64,000 nucleotides of DNA, taken from positions 29,388,001 through 29,452,000 of the forward strand of contig NC_047025.1 in assembly GCF_902652985.1 (NCBI RefSeq), written 5' to 3'. Shown in pieces: positions 38,629 to 48,486 of this stretch (position 1 is the first letter of the stretch; each line of letters opens with the position of its first letter). The notes under the pieces were generated by a model. That model was not told where the DNA came from, did no database searches, and saw nothing but the letters and a program-made list of their open reading frames with translations. Both the position numbers and the translations under genes were made by a program. The stretch is from Pecten maximus (Eukaryota).

Positions 38629-41600
38629 ATGCAATGTGTAACTTGTTCTGCTCCTGTAAATATTGCTGTAATTAAATATTGTACGTATTGGCGAAACTAA
38701 TTAACAACTTCTGATTTTATATCTGATTAGCTGACATACATCATTAGCTGCAATTTAGTGCTTTTAATTGTAATATTTTGCCATGACTGGTTAATTATGT
38801 CTGTAGTTTATTTAGAAACAATTTTTAATACGTACATGACGTAAACACATGTAAAGGAATATTCATGGATAAGTCTTTAAAAGAAAGGGTATTTTTATGC
38901 GGATTGTTGATTATAAGGTTCCGCAACTAATGAACTATGTGTTTATATATAGTAGGCCTATGTGTTTGTCAATTTTGTACAATGTTATGCAACATATTTT
39001 TAGGGGGAAAGAGAGATGAGACACTGATACTCCCAGCCAACTCATCAGTCAGTGTAACTCTTCATCAGGATCAGGTAACACAATACAGTCAAACCTGCGA
39101 ATTAAGACCACTCAAAGGACTAAAGAGAAATACCTTTATAGGCAGGTGACTATATATTAATAGAAAGAGAAAACCTGGGACTTACAAACTCTAGATGGAT
39201 ACTCTAACCATTTGAGCTACCTTGCCACCGGCAATCAGCCCACTCTCGCTCTGCTGACAATGGATTTTGTTACATTAGTAACTGAAGCATGTGGCCTTTA
39301 TAGACAGAGTTTCTTTATATATATCTATCATATAGTCAGAGTTTCTTTATATTTAGACGAATTACCTTTATAGACAGGTTGTTGCATTGTATGCTATCAG
39401 ACAATATTGCCAGTATGGAATTATTTGCCACTGTGAACCCATTTCTAAATATGATTATTATATCCCCTGCAACAACGTTAAGGGGGTAAACTGGAATCAG
39501 GTTTTCTGTCCATCCGTCCATCTGTCGTCCCATAATGGTTGTCCATACAACTCCTACTAAAGTACTGTTCCGATTTCAACAGAACCTAGCATGTAAAATC
39601 AGTCGGCATCCCAACTTTTTTTTACGATAATGCATTTTTCAAAATGGCCGCCAACTTTGATTGGTTGAGGCTTGTCCGGAGAGCTCATACTAAAGTACTG
39701 TTCCGATTTCAACAAAACTTGGCACATGTATAATCAGTACAACATGTAGTTTTGCATCCCAACTTTTTTTTACGATATTGCATTTTTCAAAATGGCCATC
39801 GACTTCTGATTGGTTGAGGCTTGTCCAGACAACTCCTACTAAAGTACTGTTCTTATTTCAAAAAACTTGGCATGTATAATCAGTACAACAGGTAGTTGTG
39901 CATCCAGACTATTTTTTACGATATTGCGTTTTTCAAAATGGCCGCCTACTTCTGATTAGATGAGGCTTGTCCAGACAACTCCTACTAAAGTGCTGTTCCA
40001 ATTTTAACAAAAATTGGCATGTAAAATCAGTACAACACGTAGTTGTGCATCTTCTCTAGCCAAGGCTTCTGATTACGTTTCACTACACGAATGTGGAGTG
40101 AAACGTAATCAGAAGCCTTTATGGCTAGCAAAGATGGTTAGTTGTGCATCCCAACTTTTTTTTTACGATAATGCCTATTTCAAAATGGCACCTTCTGATT
40201 CGTTGAGGCTTTTCCGGACAAGTCCTACTAAAGTACAAAACAATTAAAACTTGGCTTGAAGTTATGCCCAACTAAAATAAACACAAGTCAATTACCTCCC
40301 CTTATATATATATAACAAAAACATAATTTAAGTTTTGCCATTTAATGAAATAATGAAATGAGATAATAAAGTACATGTATACAAAAAGCCCTTTCACCCC
40401 AGATCAAATGTCTCGAATATTAAAAGTCCATCAATATTCACTAATACCTATATATGGAAGGAGGTGAAAGGGCTATACACAGATTGCAATACATTTTAAT
40501 ATTATAATATCCTTCACTTTCTGCACTCACAAGCAGCCATTCATTCCTAGACACATAATATTTATCAGATTGAACAATAGTTGTATAGTTTAGTTATTTA
40601 CATGTAAATGCAATTAATTCAATATGTTAAATACATTATTGCCAATTAAGCAACTGAAAAATACTGTACAAAGTTTATGCGACGCCTTAGCAAAAATTAC
40701 CTTAACTTATTTATTTAAACCATTGAGGGATCCTCATTAATTTCATACAAATTTAGTCTCAAATAGGGAGGGAAAGGTGGGTTTTTCAAGAAAGGAGATA
40801 CAATTGTATCTGTCCTGACACCTCAGTATTCTAAATGGAAGTGAGAGAAAAAATTGGAAGGCGCTTCTCCAAAAAGGTGCCTAAAAGCTGGCCACTGAAA
40901 ACTTTATGCTAATGAGGGGTAAAAATATCCAAATTATTGAAATTAACAATGTTATCAGGAGTATTAAATATTTGTTACCGAACCGATGTACAATTGCAGT
41001 ATTGGATGGTGTATATCATGTATATTTATGAATTGGAACTGGTTTTGGATCGATTGGTGTCTTAATATTGTCATTCATAAAATGTAATAACTGACTGGAT
41101 TAGATATGATTACACTCACCAATAGCCTACTCAACTATAGACGCCCACGGGGTATAAGTTATCCCTTGGGATACAACTCTTGTTGTTTCAATTATGTAGT
41201 GTAAAAGATAAACAGTTGTATTAACCGTTATCTCTTTAACATGTCTACACAGCTTCAAGCACAGACCAGTGTTGCAGCCAGTTGTCATTTTGAGAAGGAC
41301 AGGATATGGCTCAATGGACAGTGAGTTGGGTTTTATTAATCCTCCTGAACATTACTTTGATAGTTATTTTTAGAACATAGACATTTGAGTTCTGGATCCA
41401 GCTTCGGCTGTAGGCTCACCTTTTTGAAAACCGATATCTGTTAGTATTTGACTTGTCAAAAGTTTGAATCCGACATGATCACTTTAAAATAATGATTGTT
41501 GTATTAGGTCTGTTTACAGTTGCTTTAATTGGTTAAAATAAAGAATAAAAAGGGGTAAACTTTGATATCAGGATGTAGAATAAGTATCAACCAATTAAAG

Positions 41601-44600
41601 GTCTTCTTTGCCATCCTATATGAGATGTTGAATAGGAGAGAAGTTATAACACACTATATACTAGTAGTTATTTCCTAGCAGTGTGTATTTCCTGTAAGTT
41701 ATAACACACTATATACTATTAGTTATTTCCTAGCAGTGTGTATTTGCTGTAAGTTATAATACACTATATATACTAGTAGTTATTTCCTAGCAGTGTGTAT
41801 TTGCTGTAAGATATAATACACTATACATATTAGTAGTTATTTCCTAGCAGTGTGTATTTGCTGTAAGTTATAACACACTATATACTAGTAGTTATTTCCT
41901 AGCAGTGTGTATTTGCTGTAAGTTATAACACACTATATATACTAGTAGTTATTTCCTAGCAGTGTGTATTTGCTGTAAGTTATAACACACTATACATGTA
42001 TATACTAGTAGTTATTTTCTAGCAGTGTGTATTTGCTGTAAGTTATAACACACTATATATACTAGTAGTTATTTCCTAGCAGTGTGTATTTGCTGTAAGT
42101 TATAACACACTATACATGTATATACTAGTAGTTATTTCCTAGCAGTGTGTATTTGCTGTAAGTTATAACACACTATATATACTAGTAGTTATTTCCTAGC
42201 AGTGTGTATTTGCTGTAAGTTATAATACACTATATATACTAGTAGTTATTTCCTAGCAGTGTGTATTTGCTGTAAGTTATAACACACTATATATACTAGT
42301 AGTTATTTCCTAGCAGTGTGTATTTGCTGTAAGTTATAATACACTATATATACTAGTAGTTATTTCCTAGCAGTGTGTATTTGCTCTAAGATATAACACA
42401 CTATATACTAGTAGTTATTTCCTAGCAGTGTGTATTTGCTCTAAGATATAACACACTATATATACTAGTAGTTATTTCCTAGCAGTGTGTGTTTGCTGTA
42501 GAAAGAGATGACAGCCAATAAATGAAATGGAAGGCCTGATAGACAATTTGGTGAAAATATAAATTGTTTTTTGTTACAGAGAACAGTCTATTGACAACCC
42601 AAGGATCCAGAATGTCATCAAGGAGAGTAAGTAATAAATAGACAGTGTCTACATAGTATTGTTACATTGTTCGTATTCCACTATCGTCAGATGGTGAACT
42701 GTTCAAATCTGTGGTCCTCTATCAACCATTCAAAGATAATTTTGATATCTATTTCTTGAAAAGAACTGCTGGTAGATGAATCTTTCTCATATTTTCAGAT
42801 AAAAACAGATGGTCAAAATGCTGCTGTCCTGGATTTTATCATTCAAAGATTATTTTTGTTATTTCTCAGAAGTTATTACAGGAATTCCTCTTTAATTGCA
42901 TATTTAGGTACCTCTTGGTCCCACATAAACAATAATCATAGCTTATATAATTTATAGTCAAAAGAAGAGCAAGGAAACAAAAGGCAGGTAACCGGGACAA
43001 TGCTGCTGAGAAATTGAACTGGAAAATCCATATCTGTTCCAAGAATAACTTCCCTACAGCAGCAGGACTAGCCTCATCAGCAGCGGGATATGCCTGTCTG
43101 GGTTTGTTAATCTGTGTTCAAACTTAAAACATTAGTTTCATTTACATTATCTCATATGAAAAGAACACTTACATAAGTTTGATATTCAGAAACTATTTGG
43201 TAAAGTAGATTTCCTTTTAATACTTTCTCCATTTGTTTTTAATTTTACAAAATAATGCACAGATTATATGTACGGTGGGTTTGTCTTCTGGAATACCAAT
43301 TTTTGTTGGTGTCAGTTTGGCTTTTTGTCTTCATAGCAATTGAAGTAAGTCTTGGATGCACAATAGCATTAATTCAATGAAACAATCCAAAGTCTCCATG
43401 GTAACAAAAATTGTATAGGTTGATGAATATTTGACTCTCACTTTAAAACCAGAATGGTTATCTCTGTCAGTGTTCTGTCAGTTCTCAGGCATCGTGGTAC
43501 AGAAAAAAATAATAAAATAAGAGATCTGATTTTTTTAGATTAGACAGTAAGAAATGACAAGATCAAAGAATGACTTTGATTTTAAGCACCTGATTGTATT
43601 GAATGTTGTTTGTTTTAGTGTATGCCCTCCAGTGTCTTTATCAGATAGATGGGGACATCACTGCAATCGCAAGGTACTGTAACATTTTACATCCTGTCAT
43701 AACAAGACATCTAATACTCAAAGTTAAAGCATACTACAAAATCAGACATCAAAATACAAATTGAAATTTGATTACTAAAACTGATAGTTAACATAACACC
43801 TGTTAATCACGTGATTGACATGGTGTTCACAGTAGCAGCTGATTGTGCTGTAGACTTCTGTGATAAAATTATTCATATTCACATGGAAAAAAGACAGTGT
43901 TTTTCAGGAATATTATTTTTAACTGGTCTACAAAGTTTTATTTTTTTCTCAGTTTGTGTCCGAGAAACAGAATCTATAATATTGATTACAGAAGTGATAT
44001 CAGGATGTCACAGTTTTATGAATATTTAATGTATTAACAACAAATTTAAGGTAATTAGATTATGTGTATTACTCTTAATGGTTTCTAATTGATCACATGT
44101 ACCATACCTTGTGTGTGATAAAGTAAGGTATTGTATACGTGTATTCTGTATCACCTATAGTTGCCTAGCTCTTTGAGAGTACCACTTTTGATAGTAAGTT
44201 GTTGCATTCTGAAATTGTGTAAATTTATTTTGAAGTTTCTTATATATATTGAGGACTAGAATTTCTCACAGAACTCTGGCTTGTTTGATAGCCTTTTCCT
44301 AATACTACACTGTTAGAAATCTATAAAGTTGATTTATTTATATATTGTTATTTTTCAAATAAATTATCAACCACAAATGACCCAGTCTGGTTATGTATCT
44401 TTATACTTGTACATGCAAAATAACTTTCTAGTTGATTTTATGTTTTAGGCGTGGATCTGGGAGTGCCTGTCGGAGTGTACATGGAGGGTTTGTTATGTGG
44501 GACAAGGGACAGAAACACGATGGTACAGACTCAATAGCTAGACAGATACAGCCACATACACACTGGTCAGATCTACGGGTACTTATACTGGTGGTAAGTC

Positions 44601-47600
44601 TCACTGGTCAGATCTATGGGTATTTATACTGGTGTTAGACTCACTGGTCAGATCTACGGGTACTGATACTGGTGGTAAGTCTCACTGGTCAGATCTATGG
44701 GTATTTATACTGGTGTTAGACTCACTGGTCAGATCTACGGGTACTTATACTGGTGTTAGACTCACTGGTCAGATCTACGGGTACTTATACTGGTGTTAGA
44801 CTCACTGGTCAGATCTACGGGTACTTATACTGGTGGTAAGTCTCACTGGTCAGATCTACGGGTACTTATACTGGTGGTAAGTCACACACCAGACTCATTG
44901 GTAAGATCTACGGGTACTTATACTGGTGGTGAGTCTCACACCAGACTCACTGGTCAGATCTACGGGTACTTATACTGGTGGTAAGTCTCACACCAGACTC
45001 ACTGATCAGATCTACGGGTACTTATACTGGTGGTAAGTCTCACACCAGACTCACTGGTCAGTTCTACGGGTACTTATACTGGTGGTCAGTCTCACACCAG
45101 ACTCACTGGTCAGATCTACATGTACTTATACTGGTGGTCAGTCTCATACCAGACTCACTGGTCAGTTCTACGGGTACTTATACTGGTGGTAAGTCTCACA
45201 CCAGACTCACTGGTCAGATCTACGGGTACTTATACTGGTGGTAAGTCTCACACCAGACTCACTGGTCAGATCTATGGGTACTCATACTGGTGGTCAGTCT
45301 CACAACAGACTCACTGGTCAGTTGTACGGGTACTTATACTGGTGGTCAGTCTCACACCAGACTCACTGGTCAGATCTGCGGGTACTTATACTGGTGGTCA
45401 GTCTCACACCAGACTCACTGGTCAGTTCTACGGGTACTTATACTGGTGGTAAGTCTCACCCCAGACTCACTGGTCAGATCTACGGGTACTTTAACTGGTG
45501 GTCAGTCTCACACCAGACTCACTGGTCAGATCTATGGGTACTCATACTGGTGGTCAGTCTCACAACAGACTCACTGGTCAGATCTACAGGTACTTATACT
45601 GGTGGTCAGTCTCACACCAGACTCACTGGTCAGTTCTAATGGGAAGGCTGATTCTCTTTGTCCTGTCTTGCAAGAAATGAAAACAAGATATTTAGGTCAA
45701 ATCCTTTGTACTTTGATGAACTAAAATGACCATGGTCCTTGTCTGAGTGAAGGAAAATGTACGGTATACATTGTCAGGTGAATGAGCAGAAGAAACACAC
45801 GGGGAGCACAGAAGGGATGCAGGTTACCATGGAAACCAGTGAGTTACTGAAGGAGAGAATCCAGAGTCTTCCTAACAAGACAGAACAGATAACTCAGGCA
45901 ATCTGTGACAGAGATTTCAAAACATTTGCAGAAATAACAATGAAGGTAAATATTCCTTTTGTTTATACACTTACTGTTCAATGTGGAGCTTCAACAGTAT
46001 TATACTACATTTCTTTCATGAAAAAAATACGGATATACAAAAATGTATTAATAATAGACGTCTCTCAGAATTTTACCGTCAGGGGAGTAGCATGTGTGTT
46101 GGCCTCAGTATATCTGGTGATTTACAGAAATTTGTTGTCTGTTTTGACTGACAGGACAGTAACCAGATGCATGCCTGTTGTCTGGACACCTACCCACCAA
46201 TCTCCTACCTAACTGACGTATCCAGGAGGATCATTCAGCTGGTCCACTGTTTTAACAGGAAATATCAGGAAGTCAAGGTCAGTGTATGTCAGGAAGTCAA
46301 GGTCAGTGTATGTCAGGAAGCCAAGCTCAGCATGTGTAAAAAAGTCAAGGTCAGTGTATGTCAGGAAGCCAAGGTCAGTGTGTATCACAAAGTCAAGGTC
46401 AGGATGTCAGTGTCAGTGTATGTAAGAGAGTCAAGGTCAGTGTATGTAAGATCAAGGTCAGCATGTATCATGTTAATGTCAGTGTATGTCAGGAAGTCAA
46501 ATTCAGTGTATATCAGTTGGTCATGGTCAGTGTATGGCGATAAGTCAAGGTCAGTGTATGTAAGAAAGTCAAGGACAGTGTATGGCGATAAGTCAAGGTC
46601 AGTGTTTGTCAGAAAGTCAAGGTCAGTGTATGTGATGGAGTCAAGGTCAGTGTATGTCAGTAGGTCAAGGTCAGCATATGTCATAAAATCAAGGTCAGTG
46701 TATGTCAGGAAATCAAAGTCATTGTCGATCATTAGAGAGCTGAGAGGTGAAGTTATCTGGTTAGAGTTATAGGGAGTGGAACACTTCTAAGTCCTTACCC
46801 ACTATGATGACAGCCATCCATTGGTTTGTTTATATGTTCAAATATTATATTTGCTCAGTTTAAACAAGAATTGCAAACATCATAAGTTCATTATTCCTAT
46901 TCTGTTTGTGAGTTGAATGTAATAAACAGGCTTTCTTTAATAGGAATTATCTTATGTAATTAAGAGGTTGCTTGTATTCGAATAATCTTACTTTAATTAA
47001 CAGGTTGTCTGTAATCAGAATTATCTGGTGTAATTAACAGGTTGTCTGTAATCAGAATTATCTGGTGTAATTAACAGGTTGTCTGTAATCAGAATTATCT
47101 GGTGTAATTAACAGGTTGGGTACACTTTTGATGCTGGTCCAAATGCGTGTCTGTTCCTCCTAAAGAAAGATGTCCAAAAGTTTCTTCATCTTGTGAAACA
47201 CTTTTTCCCTCCAACGAGAGAAGACAAAGATTTCATTCGAGGAAACACTGCAGAGTTAATGGAGACTGAATCAGATGTAAGTATAATGTATAACTTTGTA
47301 AACAGGATATCAGAAGTACAGCTATGTTAATGTCCAAAATTTTATTTTCTTCCTTTTGAAATCAGATTTCACTTCTAGCATTACAAACTTTTCCTGTTGT
47401 AGAGTTTGGTATTTTACACATATAGATTGGTATAAATAATGAAAATAAATTTCTATGTATTTATATCTGGTGCATAATTAATATCAAATTACCTGTGACA
47501 TATTTACTTGTGTATTAGGATATTACACAAACTGATGACCTGATCTGCAGTCACATCCATCAATCAATATCGAATATATTTTGATTCAGGACAGTGAAGA

Positions 47601-47742
47601 AGATCTGAGTTACTTCCCCTTTGATCCAATGGATGACAGTTTGAAATATATTATATACACAATGCCAGGCCCCGGCCCTCAGGAACTACCTTCTGATCAA
47701 AGTCTCCTGGATGAGGATGGCTTGCCAAGGAAACGGTCTTGA
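38629..47742 (+). CDS. MVD: Diphosphomevalonate decarboxylase, 11 exons, ~395 aa
   Basis: Exons 38629-38680, 39004-39074, 41253-41320, 42580-42626, 42958-43101, 43619-43673, 44449-44593, 45778-45945, 46155-46277, 47115-47276, 47590-47742 (1188 nt, in frame). Motifs [35 protein letters not shown] (GHMP ATP loop), [33 protein letters not shown]. Confidence 0.96.
39455..40260 (+). mobile_element. Helentron/HINE-type element with ~140-bp tandem units, interrupted by a MITE
   Basis: TTATTATATCCCC start, (GTCC) microsatellite, about five units containing CTCCTACTAAAGTACTGTTCC...TTTTCAAAATGGCC. Confidence 0.75.
40048..40136. mobile_element. Palindromic MITE (family also at 49753-49821)
   Basis: CATCTT..CTAGCCAAGGCTTCTGATTACGTTTCAC / GTGAAACGTAATCAGAAGCC...GGCTAGC.AAGATG; host TAGTTGTG is duplicated on both sides. 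Confidence 0.8.
41641..42500. repeat. ~57-bp tandem repeat (~15 copies) in MVD intron 3
   Basis: Unit CTGTAAGTTATAACACACTATATATACTAGTAGTTATTTCCTAGCAGTGTGTATTTG. Confidence 0.95.
44561..45637 (+). repeat. 40-52-bp minisatellite (~22 copies) built from the MVD exon 7 end and donor
   Basis: Unit CACTGGTCAGATCTACGGGTACTTATACTGGTG|GT(A/C)AGTCTCACACCAGACT; the first copy encodes [11 protein letters not shown]. Confidence 0.95.
46262..46722 (+). repeat. 24-bp minisatellite (~19 copies) built from the MVD exon 9 end and donor
   Basis: Unit TCAGGAAGTCAAG|GTCAGTGTATG; the true junction is at 46277/46278. Confidence 0.92.
46920..47118 (+). repeat. 37-bp tandem repeat (~5 copies) built from the MVD exon 10 acceptor
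   Basis: Unit TAATTAACAG|GTTGTCTGTAATCAGAATTATCTGGTG; the last copy is the real acceptor at 47114/47115. Confidence 0.88.
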
Positions 47743-47784
47743 CATTCATTATTTTCATAATTTTTGTTAGCATAAGATATTTTT

Positions 47785-47790
47785 AATAAA
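47785..47790 (+). terminator. Polyadenylation signal of MVD
   Basis: AATAAA about 43 nt after the MVD stop, followed by a T/GT-rich tract. Confidence 0.55.
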
Positions 47791-48176
47791 ACATAGTTTA
47801 ATTGTCTTCTGTATTTTTAATTGTTTGATCAACTTCTATGCCTAATTTGAGTTTGGTGGTAATCAATGAAGGTAAAGGTCACACTTCACCACTTTTGAAT
47901 TAAAAAGCTTGTGTACAAAATATCTCTTTAAATCATGGTCAAATTAAGTCTATATTCACACCATAACACCACACCATCAAACTCACCCGATACTGAAGTG
48001 AGGGGTATATTTCTGTGTGCCCCTAGGCCAACTCGATTTGCACTCTTCTTGGAAGAGAAGCCTTCTCAGTAGATCGCATTCAAAATATCAAACAACAATT
48101 ATTACAAGGCACATCCAGTGTAAATCTTTGAAAACTACCATAATGATCAAATAAAAATCACATTGCTAATTGAAGT

Positions 48177-48350
48177 ATAGACTGACCACCAGCCCCTGAA
48201 TTTTTGTAAAGAATTGTTCAGCTGAATTTCAATACTAGATTATCTCTGCCAAGCTTAAAAATTAGAACCAGACATGTCTTATAGACCAACATTATAAAGC
48301 TCAATTTTATTCCTAATTTCAATATTCTACAGACAAGGGGACCAGTCTAA
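48177..48350. mobile_element. ~170-bp MITE-like element (second copy at 57026-57192)
   Basis: TAGACTGACCACCAGCCCCT...AGACAAGGGGACCAGTCTA; related internal sequence in both copies. Confidence 0.65.
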
Positions 48351-48486
48351 TTGAAATACAGTGGTTGCAATCCTTATTTTGTACAGAATTCTAATGAAAA
48401 CAAAACACAAAATGAGCAATGGAGATATCAAAAATGTATTTGGTTTGTCAAAAATGACAATAAAAAACTGTTAACATATTATATGA

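Noticed and set aside
45822-45837. RFX X-box-like GTTACCATGGAAAC
   Set aside because: It lies in MVD coding sequence far from any promoter, and no equivalent clear site was found upstream of ANKS6.
44793-46772. ORFs over the MVD intronic repeats
   Set aside because: Read-through of junction-derived minisatellites; only the modelled exons match MVD.
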